A stretch of DNA of 64,000 nucleotides from Eledone cirrhosa (taxonomy: Eukaryota): contig OZ024748.1 of assembly GCA_964016885.1 (NCBI GenBank), positions 30,566,001-30,630,000 on the forward strand. Reading direction: 5' to 3'. The position numbers and the translations under genes were made by a program. The notes beneath the pieces are model-generated. The model did no database searches and was not told the DNA's origin. It was given only the letters and a program-made list of their open reading frames with translations. Below, piece by piece: positions 41,972-54,917 of the stretch. Numbering within the stretch: position 1 is the first letter of the stretch; each line of letters begins with the position of its first letter.

Positions 41972-43619
41972 GTAAGTGACATTAACCTCTTCCTAATATG
42001 TTGTTGTTGTTAAATACTAGGCTAAATCTAGGATCAAAGTTATTCCTGTGGTGATTAGATATCTACCCTAGTATCCTGGTATACTAGTCAACAAGATTAT
42101 ATTGAGCAAAACTTCAACTGGTGGCATTAATCTCTTCTTAACTATGATGCTGGCAACGAATCATTAGAACATCAAATAAAGATGCTTTGCAGTATTTGTT
42201 CTGTCTCTGCTCTCTCAGTTCAAATCCCATCGTGGTCAACTTTACCTTTCATCCTTTTGAGGTCGATAAAGTACCAATCTAGTACTGGGGTCGATTCTTC
42301 CTCTCTCTCACTTTCTATCCTTCTCTGGAGGAAATCTGCTGTATTCAGACCAGGAGAGAAGGGCTCTGCCAGGCTTAAAATGCCCTAGAAATGATGTATG
42401 CCACTATGGCGATCCTACGACTCTATCAGGAGTTACGGAAGCATGCCATACCCAACTATGATGTCTCTTGGTTTCTAAAGACTTGTTTTAATGCAAAGGT
42501 TTGGTGTATTTTTGTGTATGTGTGTTGGTGGATATCGTAGAACACTCTCTGGCATGCAGAACCCCAGGTGAAAACCACCCCATGGTCCCAGCAAACAGAA
42601 CAGAGAAACAGTTACCCCTGGAAGTTATCGAAGGAGACACGTTGAAATAGTCATTCCAACTTGGGAGGCTCACTCTGGCAGTTGGCCAACTCCACCCTTT
42701 ATATCAGAGAGTAGAGAAGGGCTACATTGTTTGTTGTTGTTAAACCCTAGGTGAAGTCTATGATTAAAGTTGTTCTTGTCATAACCTTACTAATTCTATG
42801 TTTCTCATCAGGGGGTTCATAAAAACAGAGTATTGAGGTTGATTATATCATAGTTCACTTTCCACTGCCTTCAAATCTCTTGTGTCTAAATTAGAAACCA
42901 TAGCTATTGTTGTTTACATTCTCATTGTGATTTGTATCATGTTTAATCCTTCTTTTTGCCTGTCTTTTGCTTCATTCTGCCCCCCCCCCCAATTTAGTTT
43001 ATGCTAATTAAAATGATAAAGCCTACAATTGTAATTCACTCATGAAGCAGATCACATATATAAGCATATGCAGACACACATATATATATACATATATATA
43101 TATGCACACACACATACAACACATATATATATACACACTATATTCACACACATGTAGATACTTACAAACACATGCAGACACACACATACAACACATATAC
43201 ACACTCACAAATGTAGACACATATACACATACAAACACACAACACAACACAACACAACAGTATGAATACATAAATAAAGAAAACTCTCAATTAAACTAAC
43301 AACAACAAACACAATGTAAAGACATTGTATATAATTTCTTTGAAATGAGGTCAAAATGTACTTGTTTAGTTTATCACTTACCAATCAACAGAAGCCATTT
43401 TGTTTTTTTACTGTGTTTGTTTGGTTTCTTCTGTTATCAGATATGATTTTGTGTGTGTGTGTGGGGGGGGGGGGGGGGGGGGGGGGTTAAAGAAAAAAAT
43501 GGGCCTTTTTATACAATATTCCATTGGAAGTAACTAGAAGCTGTCTGGAGTAGATTATATTCATATTGTCCTTTTGAATAGGAATATAAAATAGTAAAAA
43601 AAACACAATTATACTTCTA

Positions 43620-43683
43620 TGCTGATGTATATGTATATGTCTTTCTGTCTGTATGTATGTGTATATATATATATATGTGTGTC

Positions 43684-43746
<63 letters not shown>

Positions 43747-43841
43747 GTGTGTGTGTGTATATATATATATGTGTGTGTGTATATATATATATGTGTGTGT
43801 ATGTATATATATATATGTATATATATATATGTGTGTGTGTG

Positions 43842-43903
<62 letters not shown>

Positions 43904-44315
43904 TATGTATGTGTGTGTGTACATATATATATGTATATATATGTGTGTGTGTATAAATATATATATGTATGTGTGTATATATATATATGTATGTTTGTGT
44001 GTGTGTGTGTATGTATATATATCTGTGTGTATATATATATATATGTGTGTGTGTGTATGTATGTATATATGTGTGTGTGTGTGTGTGTATGTATGTATAT
44101 ATGTATATATGTATGTGTGTATGTATATATATATATATGTATGTGTGTATGTATATATATGTGTGTGTATGTATATATATGTGTGTATATATATATATAT
44201 GTATGTGTGTATATATATATATATATGTAAGTGTGTATATATATATATATATATATGTATATGTGTGTGTATATATATATATGTGTGTGTGTGTATATAT
44301 ATGTATATGTGTGTG

Positions 44316-44348
<33 letters not shown>

Positions 44349-44385
44349 ATATATATACATGTATGTGTGTGTATATATATATATA
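43620..44385. repeat. Compound (TG)n/(TA)n microsatellite
   Basis: Direct reading. Confidence 0.95.
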
Positions 44386-44780
44386 TAACAAAGGTAATGT
44401 GGTAAGGAACCAGATTGACCATAGCGCACCAAAGTACTCAATACTTAGGGTAGTAGAGTGGGTAATAGGAGTAAGTAAGACCCCGACGGCTGAGCTCAAA
44501 CCGTTTCGACGGCTAATTCTGGACTCCAGAATTAGCCGTCGAAACGGCTTGAGCTCACCCGTCGGGGTCCTACTCGTTCCTATATATATATATATATATA
44601 TATATATAGGAGTAAGTAAGACCCCGACGGCTGAGCTCAAGCCGTTTCGACGGCTAATTCTGTACAGAATTAGCCGTCAAAACGGTTTGAGCTCAGCCGT
44701 CGGGGTCTTACTTACTCCTATTACCCACTCTACTACCCTAAGTATTGAGTACTTTGGTGCGTTATGGTCCACCTGGTTCC
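44386..44780. mobile_element. Double fold-back of a pLTR-type 3' end (1345 family)
   Basis: Outer arms 44386-44520 and 44666-44780; hairpins centred at about 44523 and 44663; central (TA)n. Confidence 0.75.
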
Positions 44781-45154
44781 TTACCACTTTTCCTTCGCTA
44801 TATATATATATATATATATAAATATATGTGTATACATTTTCATATATGTATGTATGCATATATATGTATGTATATATATGTAATTATATATATATATATA
44901 GTAATAATAATAAATTTGAAGACTGCTATTTATATATATATATATATATATATTGTGAATTATTTAAAGAAACTGGGTATTTTAAAATAAGAAAAAAAAT
45001 TATCTGCTAGAAGTAACAGTAGCTGTCTGGAATAGCTACTTGGTATATTCATATTATTTTTTAAATTAGGGCTTCTAGGAAAAACAAGAGCATTTTACTT
45101 CCATGTTTATATTTTGCTGTCTGTCTCTGCACTTCTCTCTTTCTTCTTTCTCTG

Positions 45155-45192
<38 letters not shown>

Positions 45193-45194
<2 letters not shown>

Positions 45195-45493
45195 ATATAT
45201 TAATAAATGGAGACTATATTTATAAAACCATATTTATTTTATTATATATATTTCAAGGGCAACCAAGGCAAATTATGGTGTGCTTTCATCAGATAAAATA
45301 CAGATTTGTTTTATGAAAGCACACCATGCCTTGGTTGCCCTTGAAATACATATAATAAAATAAATATGGTTTTATAAATATAGTTTCCATTTATTAATAT
45401 ATTGTGTATTTACTCCACTAAATTGTTGAGTGCTTTATATCAGTTATAAAATTTTTTAAGCTTGTTGAATCCCAACAAATTAAATATAACCTC

Positions 45494-45498
<5 letters not shown>
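45193..45498. mobile_element. Fold-back pLTR-type element
   Basis: Arms about 45193-45290 and 45313-45404; right arm continues to (TA)n; related to 1925-2170. Confidence 0.75.
45235..45301 (-). ncRNA. Type I hammerhead ribozyme
   Basis: Minus strand: tattttat-CTGATGA-aagcacacca..tggttgccctt-GAAA-tatatATA-ataaaata. Confidence 0.7.
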
Positions 45499-45534
<36 letters not shown>

Positions 45535-45540
<6 letters not shown>

Positions 45541-45666
45541 GTTTCTACTTTTGGCACAAGTCCAGCAATTATCCCAGTGCATTACTGGTACTTTATTTTA
45601 TTGACCCTGTAAGGATGAAAGGCAAAGTTAACCTTGGTGGGATATGCCAAAAGTAGAAACAATTAT
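45535..45666 (-). mobile_element. SINE 3' half with an inverted copy of its own 3' end
   Basis: ataattgtttctacttttggca ... tgccaaaagtagaaacaattat, with (TA)n on both sides. Confidence 0.75.
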
Positions 45667-45866
45667 ATATATATATATATATATTTAGGTTTGTTGGTTA
45701 ACCACTGGATAGAATTGGTCATTTCGTATGGTCAATCTTGATGTAATATTATGGAGAGTACTCAACGTAATGCAGTTCACCCGTCTTCGTTTGTGTAGTT
45801 GGTGGTGCTAATACGGAGCTAATTATTATAAATAAAATAACAGGAGGCTGGACTGAAAAGTTTATT

Positions 45867-45924
45867 ATACTATGATCATTTCAATGACCGGGTTCCGTAT
45901 GAATCCGGTGATATCATCAGGTAT
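45867..45924 (-). ncRNA. Minimal type I hammerhead ribozyme
   Basis: Minus strand: atac-CTGATGA-tatcaccgg..ccggtcatt-GAAA-tgatcATA-gtat; palindromic atgatcat. Lies in a block of about 45680-46240 between TA tracts. Confidence 0.72.
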
Positions 45925-46266
45925 TCGAAATATAACAAAGGAATATATAAAATCCATGGGTCCGAAATCAGAGACAGAGAGGACGACTGACCAACTAGCT
46001 GCTTTCACCTCGGTCAGTCGCCCTCAAGTGATGGCAACTCGGTCTACTAATGACCATCTGGTGAGGGGGCGAAGGCTTATAATGGACTACCACCTCTCCG
46101 TCAGAGAATAAAAAAGAAGAAAGAAATAAAGAAAGAAAGAAGAAAAGTCAGCGTAAGGGTCACACTACAGTCATGCTAGAAGACGCCGCAAAAAATGTTA
46201 TTCCAAAGAACCCATATTTTAACAAAGGCAATTATTTGTTTTTATATATATATATATATATATATA

Positions 46267-46660
46267 TAATTGTTTCTACTTTTGGCACAAGTCCAGCAAT
46301 TATCCCAGTGCATTACTGGTACTTTATTTTATTGACCCTGTAAGGATGAAAGGCAAAGTTAACCTTGGTGGGATTTGAACTCATAAAGTAAAGGGCCGTA
46401 ACTCTATGCTGTAAAGCATCACGTCCGATCCTCTGTCGATACTGCCAATCCACCACCCATTATATATATATAATTGTTTCTACTTTTGGCACAAGGCCAG
46501 CAATTACCCAGTGTATTACTGGTACTTTATTTTATCGACCCCGTAAGGATGAAAGGCAAAGTTAACCTCGGCGGGATTTGAACTCAGAATGGCAAGGGCC
46601 GTAACTCCATGCTGCAAAGCATGGCGTCCGACCTTCTACTGATACTGCCAATCCACAATG
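46267..46660 (-). mobile_element. Two tandem tRNA-derived SINEs
   Basis: Reverse complements of the 3121 family at 46267-46460 and 46470-46660. Confidence 0.85.
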
Positions 46661-47694
46661 TCTCCAAGATGGCTGACTGAATACACATATGCTTCTCTCA
46701 GAAAAACGTTTTTCTTTTCTTTCCTCTTCTCACTCTATTTTTCTATTTCATCTTTATTTCTCATTCTATCTTCTGGTGAAGGACTTGTGTCCAACACGTA
46801 AAAACTCTTTTCCTACTATATCACGTGTTAGACTAATATATTTCTTCATTGTTCTGTGTTATATACTTTGTTGCTTTTGTTTTTCTTTTTGCATGTGTGT
46901 GTGCGTGTTTTGCATGTGTGTGCGTGTTTTTTGTGTGTGTGATTGTTTTGTGTGTGTGTGTGTGTGTGTTTTGGGTGTGTATGCGTGCTTTGTGTGTTTT
47001 GTGTGTGTGCGTGTTTTGTGTGTGTGTCCGTGTTCTGGGCGTGTGTGCGTTTTGTGTGTGTGTGCGTGTTTTGTGTGTGTTTTGGGTGTGTGTGGGCGTG
47101 TTTTGTGTATGTGTGTGTGTGTTTTGGGTGTGTGTGTGGGCGTGTTTTGTGTGTGTGCCTGTTTTGGGTGTGTGTGTGTGTGTTTTGTGTGTGTGCGTGT
47201 ATTATGAATAATTATAAAAAAACTTAACTTTTTATAAATAAAAATATTCCTCTGAACATCAGAGTATGTGTGCATGTTTGTTTTATATTCAGTCCTTTTG
47301 TGTCTCATAATGTAGCAGTTTGACAAATTGAAATTGGTAAAATAAATACCAGATTGGAATAAATAGACATGATCTGTCTCCCAGTTTAGTACCACTGTCT
47401 GGCTCTTGAATGTATTTAGTGGAGTTCAGTCTGACACTCTGTTGCAAACATTTGGTCCAGGTCTCCTTTTTGAAGATACATACTTTCCTCTCTCCTTTCC
47501 TGCAACCATCTTGGAGGCCCCGAAAAGAATCATGGGAACTGGCCCTTCTTTTTCTTAGAACTAAAGAATAAACAAACTTAAAAAAAAAAATGTGCTGGGT
47601 TTGATATAATTGACCCGTGATGGCTGTGTTGCAGCATGACAGCAATGACTGAAAGCAGTAAAAGAATATAAGGAATATCAAAATAAAAGAAAGT

Positions 47695-47868
47695 ATGGCA
47701 GTATCAGTAGAGGGCTGGACACCGTGCTTTGCAGCATAGAGTTACAGCCTTTTATGATCCCGCCAAGGTTAACTTTGCCTTTCATCCTTACGGGGTCGAT
47801 AAAATAAAGTACCAGTAGTGCACTGGGATAATTGCTGGCCTTGTGCCAAAAGTAGAAACAATTATTAT
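47695..47868 (+). mobile_element. tRNA-derived SINE
   Basis: 3121 family with the B box partly deleted. Confidence 0.8.
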
Positions 47869-48159
47869 TCTTTTATTGGTTTCAGTTATTAGACTGCGGT
47901 TATGCTGGGGAAATTTAGTTGACCATATCAACCCCAAGTCTGATATCAGTCGCTCATTTTATCATTCCATTAAATTACAGAACATAAACAATAATTGTTG
48001 ATGTCTATGTATATATGTATGTGTGTGTGTGTGTATGTTTATGTATGTGTATATGTATGTATATGAATGTGTGTATGTATATATGTATGTATGTGTGTGT
48101 GTATTTTACTGTGAATGTGTGTATTTTTGCACATATCTATATTTATGGGTGCATATGTA

Positions 48160-48938
48160 AATGCTGAATTTGCTGACGACATAGTTCTGGTGACAAACAT
48201 AGTGAAGGAGGCAGAGGAGCTGATGCAGGAGGTGGAGATTGTGTCACTGAGTGTGGGGCTGAGAATGAATGAGAGTAAGACGAAGTATCTGGTAGAGAAC
48301 ATAAAGAAGCCAGAGAAGTTTATGAATATAGGCGGGAAGCTGCTAGAATTGGTTGAGGACTTCCTGTATCTGGGAGCAAAGATTGGGAACACAGAGGATG
48401 ATGTGGTGGAAAGAAAGAGGAACGCCTGGGCAGCGTGCAATAGTTTGAGGTCAGTGTGGAAGTTGGACCTTCATAAATACCTAAAGATCTATCTCCTCAT
48501 CGCTACAGTGGAGTCTGTGCTGCTGTACAGGTCTGAGACTTGGACACTGACCAAGAGACTCACTCAGATGGTGGATGGGTGTTACACAAGAATGCTGAGG
48601 ATGGCTCTGAACATTAATCAGTATACACTGAGGATGAAGAACTCAGAGCTGTACGGGAGCCTCCCAAAAGTCTGCTCGAAAATAACACAGAGGAGACTGA
48701 GGTTAGCTGGACATGCTCATCGACATTCAGAGTTGACACTGCACTCAGTAGTCCTGTGGGAGCCTCTATATGGACACACTAGAAGAAGGAGACCGAGGTT
48801 GACATATATTGATGCCCTAAGGACAGACACTGGTCTCTGGGAGACGCAGGACATGGCGGCAATGATGAGGGACAGAGACCGCTGGGGAGAACTCATCCAT
48901 GGATCTCGGGTATTTTACCCGCCCTAGATAGATAGATG
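48160..48938 (+). mobile_element. RTE-group LINE 3' fragment, separate family
   Basis: EFADDIVL..VEDFLYLG..VESVLLY.SETWTL..RRLRLAGH..RPRLTYID..DRDRW; (TAGA)n tail. Confidence 0.85.
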
Positions 48939-50354
48939 TAAGTGTGTATTTGAATGCGTACATACATACACACATACAGCCGTGCACATATATATACATA
49001 ATCACACATACACATATTTATATATACATACTCACACACACACATATATATGCCTATATATGTATATAAACACATTAAGCATGTATTAATCTAATTTCTT
49101 TCTTTGAATTTATTCATTTTCTAAATACGTTCCTAAATATATATGTGTGTGTGTAGATATATAAGGGGTATATATGAATGTTTATATATTTATGTATTAT
49201 CATCATTTTGTGTTTGTTTTCCATGCTAGTAGTTGACTTAAGAGCATTGGGAACATTTGAAATGTGTGGATCCCAACACAAATTACCATAATAATAGTTT
49301 ATCGCTATAAAAAATAGTTGAGAAATTCAAGTCACATACATCTGTCTACATTTTTTTATTCTCCGCTTGATTTTCTCAACTATCATTTATAGTTATTTAT
49401 GTTGTGTGGCTTAGTGGTTAGAGACTTGGATTCACAATCATGAGGTTGTGAGTTTGATTCTTGGACCAGACGGTGTATTATTTCCTTCTGCAAGATATTT
49501 TATTTCATGTTGCTCTTTCTGCCAGGAGTTGCAACCAGTAGATAGTATCAGCAATGGAAAGACCAATGGAAACATTATTTTCTTGGTCTGATTAAATGAG
49601 TTCTACCCCACTTAGTTAGCAAATGAAGTCTGGGATTTTGTCAATCAATTCAAATGACTGAATGTATAAGTGGTTGGTGATCGGAAAGGCATCCAACCAT
49701 AGAAAATCTGCCAAACAAAGAGTCAGAAAGACTCTTTAGTTTAAAGATATAACAACCTCTCTAGTGTTAGTGATCTACACAATAAACACACTTGTTACAC
49801 CCTGTAAAGTAGTAGGTGGTAGGAAGATCGTCCATCTATAGAAAACCTGCCAAACAAAGGGTTGCGAAGAATCTTTAGCTGTGTCAAAGATATGACAACA
49901 TCCCCAATGCTGGTGCCACAATAAAATGCACGTAGTAGAATGTGGGAACATGTGTAAGCAAGATACAGGCTCGCTTGAGTACTGACTTGCTCTGTGAAGA
50001 CCCATCCAACCCTTGCTAACAGGGAAGGCAGATGCTAAAGGATTATGATGACATATAAATTGATGTAAATGTTATGTATGTTGGTAAGTTTGTATATATA
50101 AATTTATGTGTATGTATGTTTGTATATATAAATTTATGTATATATATATGTATGTATATATGTTTGAAAGTTTGTTTATATAAATTTATGTATATGTATA
50201 TTGGTAAGTATGTATATATGTTTGAATGTTTATATATATAGATTTATGTATATATAAATTTATATATGTTATGTATGTTGTTAAGTATGTATGTATATAT
50301 TTTTGAAAGTTTGTATATATATATAAGATGTCACACCCTTTCTTCTTCCTCCAG

Positions 50355-50522
50355 GAATGTATTGGATACAAAGACAATACTTGCAAGAAAGTGTTGTTCT
50401 ATTCATTGGTGTTTCTTACACTTGGTCTTATACTGCTGATATTTTACTGGGAACCAAAATATGAATTACTCCTCAAGAAATCCCAGTGTCCCCTACTGGA
50501 GGCCGATTCTGTTCTCCTAAAG
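50355..50522 (+). CDS. ATP13A3: P5B-type ATPase exon: N-terminal P5 domain with hydrophobic segment
   Basis: cttcctccag acceptor, gtaagc donor, 168 nt, phase 0/0. ECIGYKDNTCKKVLFYSLVFLTLGLILLIFYWEPKYELLLKKSQCPLLEADSVLLK fits the GY..LT.G...L..YW.P..C.L..AD.VLL P5B pattern. Paralogue name is a best guess. Confidence 0.85.
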
Positions 50523-51133
50523 GTAAGCTTGGTTTTATATGTTACGTGTCTAACATATGCAAACATCAACTTGGCTGGTTGGGACACATCACACAACTCC
50601 CGAACAGGATGTCCCAAACAAAAGTTGGAATGATGTATTGAGAGATGCAACTGACCGTGGTCATTGGAGCACTTTGGCTGTGCCTCATGTATCTCAAGAC
50701 ATGGGAGCTTCTATGTCCAAGTGTGTGTAAAGGTTGGTTGTCATCACCATCGTCATCATCATCATCATTGTCATGACCATCTTCAACCTTTGATGTTCAT
50801 TTACCATGCTACCATTTTCGACCTCTCTCAGAAGTCAGTAGCTCTGCTTGAATATTGACAACAATTTGTTGACAGTCCATCCAACCCTTGCAGAAAAATC
50901 AGTTGTGAAATGGTGATGATGGGTTACTGCCCTCCTAGACAAATCAGTGGACCATATCTCACAAATACATTTCATTTTTGAATGGTTTCTATGGCTAGAT
51001 ACCATTTCAAAAGCCAGTCATTTAAGAGAGTGTACTGGATATGTCATGACACCAGCACATGTGCAAAAGGGCCTTCTCTACACTACGCTGTTTCTGTTTG
51101 ATCATTGATTACTTTATAGTGTGCATTAGAGGT

Positions 51134-51498
51134 ATTTTATTGTGGCACCAACACAAGGGAGGTTGTTTTATTGAGACACCAACACAAGGGAGGTTGTTTT
51201 ATTGTGACACCAACGCTAAGCAGTTTGTTTTAGTGTGACACCAACATAAGGGACGTTGTTTTATTGTGACACCAACACAAGGGAAGTTGTTTTATTGTGA
51301 CATCAACACAAGAGAGGTTGTTTTATTGTGACATCAACACAAGAGAGGTTGTTTTATTGTGACACCAATGTTAGGGAGTTTGTTTTATTGTGACACCAAC
51401 ACAAGGGAGGTTGTTTTATTGTGACACCAACATAAGGGAGGTTTTATTGTGACACCAACATTAGGGAGGTTTTATTTACACCAACACAAGGGAGGTTG
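51134..51498. repeat. 31-bp minisatellite, about 12 units
   Basis: Unit ttttattgtgacaccaacacaagggaggttg. Confidence 0.9.
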
Positions 51499-51937
51499 CT
51501 TTTCTCCTACAGGGCAAAAAGAGTCCTTGCCACTCTGTCATCTAACTTTGAAAGATGGAGGTGACCATGAGGTTAAATACCACTATGGTCACATTTTGCT
51601 TTTATAGAAAGCTACCTGTATGACATCTATCTACACACACACATGTATGAATATTTATGTACATTATACATCAAGAACAAAAGAGACTTATCTCTCCTTC
51701 TCTCTTAAAACGGTCATAAAACATCTGATAAATGTCCTTACAGAAAAGTGGACATACAAACGGTTATGAGAATGACAACGTATGTATATGTAGGGCTAGA
51801 CATAACATTTAATTAACAAAACTTACCAATGGAAATTTATGTGATAAAATATAATGCTCTAATTAGTTATGCCTGTCTAGCCTCAGAACATGACAACCCA
51901 TCTAACTCATGCAAGCATCGAAATAAGTTGATATTGG

Positions 51938-52448
51938 TCATCATCATCATCATCATCATCATTATTTTACGTCCGCTTTTCCCTGCTTGCAAGGGTGGGA
52001 CGCGTCCTATTTAGCACAGCATCTCTCCACTTGTCACAGTCCTTTGTCATCTCCTCCGTGAACTTCAGCGATCTGAGGTCTGCTTTCACCACCTCCGTGC
52101 ATGTTTTTCGTGGTCTTCTTCTACTGCGTCTTCCTTCTACTGGGATTTCTTGGCACTTCTTTACCCAGCGGTCATCCTCCATGCGCATCACATGTCCATA
52201 CCATCTCAGTCTTCTCTCCTGCACACCACAACTTATCCCTCTTATACCCAGTTTCTTTCTCAACTCGTCGATGCTTGGTCGTTCACGCACATTGACATTG
52301 CACATCCAACGGAACATACTTGCTTCATTTCTCTCCAGCCGTCGCATATCCTCTGTAGTTGCTGCCCATGTCTCACTATCAGCATCGCGCATCTCACACA
52401 GGCATCATATAACTGGCCTTTCGTACGCAGAGAGAAACCCTTCTTAGT
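51938..52448 (-). mobile_element. RTE LINE 3' fragment (20892 family)
   Basis: [27 protein letters not shown]..; (TGA)n tail. Confidence 0.88.
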
Positions 52449-53128
52449 CTGCAAGTTAATCCCACACACTAACTGCAAAACTAGAAACGTAGTATATAGC
52501 ATAAGATGTACTGAGGGACAGTGTAGGTGAAACAGCCCGTAGCATAGGAGAAAGAATAAGTGAACACTGGCGAGAACTCCAGGATGTGAAAAACTCATCA
52601 GTACTCCACCAACATGCCAAAATAGAAGATAGGGGCACATTAGAGAAGATAGAGATAAAAATTATATCCACACAGAAAAGATGCAATGCACAGACAAATT
52701 ACAGAGGCAACAAACATAAACGAACTCCAACCAAAATCAAACAGAAAACATGAGTGAAATAGTAATTAGTAATTAAGGACAAAATGAAGACATACAGAGA
52801 CACAAAAACCAAACTGATAAAACAAACCAGACAGATAGAGCTACCAACTAACTAGTGACAAGTAAATAAACACACACACACCCGGATGTAACACATGCGC
52901 AAACCAAGCACACAACACACAAAAACAAGTTGGTGTAGGACAGAACAAAGGAGAAGCACAGAATAAAAACCCAGTCACTGGGGATGTCACAGAATGTGTG
53001 ATGAAAGAGCTTTGACAATATATAAACAACCATCCGGTTATCCAACCAACTGGAAATTTATGATAAATTGAAGTGAAAACCAACAGGTGTGTGTTTTAAT
53101 TGGCAGCATGACCCTCCCAAAGTATAAC
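52444..53128 (+). mobile_element. Decayed Penelope-like 3' fragment (19197 family)
   Basis: VCKL.PHTNCKTRNVVYSIRCTEGQCR..GETARSIGERISEHW..; same 3' end as 19197. Confidence 0.8.
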
Positions 53129-53651
53129 TATATGTGTGTGTGTGTGTGTATCATAGCAATTATGTCATTAACTTGGCTGCAAGATTGCAGTGACTCCTCA
53201 AACTGCAATATATATATAGAATGGTGAAAATACCAGTGTATCACGTAGAGAATTTATAGAACTATAATTAATTAGCTTTAAACAATCCATTTAAAGATAA
53301 CAAACAATGATACATATGCTGTTGACAACCTCGTGATGCTAACAAGTCAAAGGGACTGTTTATACAGTAATTGGAAGTCATTTTGTGTATTGTCAAGAAC
53401 TAGCAAAAGGTGAGAAAAATATTCAAGCTACCTCTCAGATGTGAATTTAATTCTGTGACAGGAATGGTGGGGCCTGGGCATGGTATTGTGTCATTTTGAA
53501 CATATGTTTTATTTATTTGGTAATTAGTTTCAAACTGGGCTCATCTGCCTTTATTCTCTATTTATAATTGTACTTTAGTTGTGTTCAATTGAAAATAGAG
53601 CACAGATTATGATTAACCCTGTATACATACATATATATGTATGTATATAAA

Positions 53652-53998
53652 CTAGTGGTAAACGGGCTTGTTAGTAGTTAGTGGTGTTGGGTATGGGTGG
53701 TAGAGCAGTAGAAGGTAGACAGGAGTTATTAGTGGGTGGTGTGGTCCATTAGTTACTTAGTTACTTAGTGCTGCTGGTAGGGTTAAAAGGGGTTGTATGG
53801 GTATAACTAATAAAAGGTTTAGTAGGTAGGTTAGTGAAGAGGTGGTGTGAGTGTGGTTGTGTGGAGTGAGGAATGAAAGGAAGAAGGGTGAGGAATTTAG
53901 ACCATTTCCAGTCCATGTCTGGAGAAAAAAAATTTGTAGGTCGACTTTGCTTGCCCGCAGCCAAAGCTTCGATTTTACTAAGCTTCCACTTGTATATA
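53652..53998 (-). mobile_element. Short non-autonomous Helitron
   Basis: Minus-strand end ..gcccgtttaccaCTAG|t; 53887-53935 is homologous to 54972-55020 of the adjacent Helitron. Confidence 0.55.
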
Positions 53999-54002
53999 TA
54001 TA

Positions 54003-54810
54003 TAAATGAAAATAGAGAAATTAATGTAAGCAAGAAGCCAACAGTAATTCAGACATATAAGTGACTATTACGTCAAGATGAAAAATATTTAACTTAAGAT
54101 ATGGGAAAATAATTTAATTCCAATTCAAAACAAGTCAAGACCAGAAATTTTATCCACAGATTTTGTGTAATCCGGGAAAAAACTAATAGAATCTTAACTC
54201 AAAATAAAATTAAGAGTAAATACTTATCCGTCAATTTGGAAAAATCTACAAATGCACTATATAGTCTTAAAAAACTATTTCACAAAACTTTTCTGTGGGG
54301 TTAGTCACGGTTGGAGTCGTTCCTCAGTAGTGCTCAACAACGTTAACTAAGAACCACAGCTAAAATATGCCAAAGAGGAATTTAAAAGCAGACTAGTCAA
54401 ACCTCGTGTGGAATTGAATTAATAAACACACATGGAGACAGGGCTAGTGACGTCAGAATGAGACGAATGTCCGTTTACAAGAAACAGCAGTCAAAATATT
54501 CCGAAAAAAACTCAACAAAAGATATGGAGTTCAGCATAAAGCAATATTATCGCGTTTTTTTTTTTTTAAAACGGGATTAGTCACAAATAATTTTAAGCAT
54601 TCAAGGAAAAATTCCGAGTATAAATATATAAATTAAAATAGAGAAATTGATGTAAGCAAGAAGCCAACAGTAATTCAGACATATAAGTGACTATTACGTC
54701 AAGATGAAAAATATTTAACGTAAGATATGGGAAAATAATTTAATCCCAATTCAAAACAAGTCAAGACCAGAAATTTTATCCACAGATTTTGTGTAATCCG
54801 GGGAAAAAAA

Positions 54811-54812
<2 letters not shown>
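54003..54812 (-). mobile_element. Non-coding hammerhead-bearing unit with 175-bp direct terminal repeat
   Basis: 54009-54182 is repeated at 54635-54808 (period about 626 bp); TA tracts on both sides. Confidence 0.7.
54254..54333 (-). ncRNA. Type I hammerhead ribozyme
   Basis: Minus strand: gcacta-CTGAGGA-acga..ttgt-GAAA-tagtttttaagactATA-tagtgc; 6-bp stem I and a paired stem III. Confidence 0.75.
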
Positions 54813-54888
<76 letters not shown>

Positions 54889-54917
54889 TGTGTGGATGTG
54901 GGTGTGTGTGTGTGTGT

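Noticed and set aside
51134-51498. CRISPR-like array
   Set aside because: Contiguous tandem units without unique spacers, no cas genes, eukaryotic intron.
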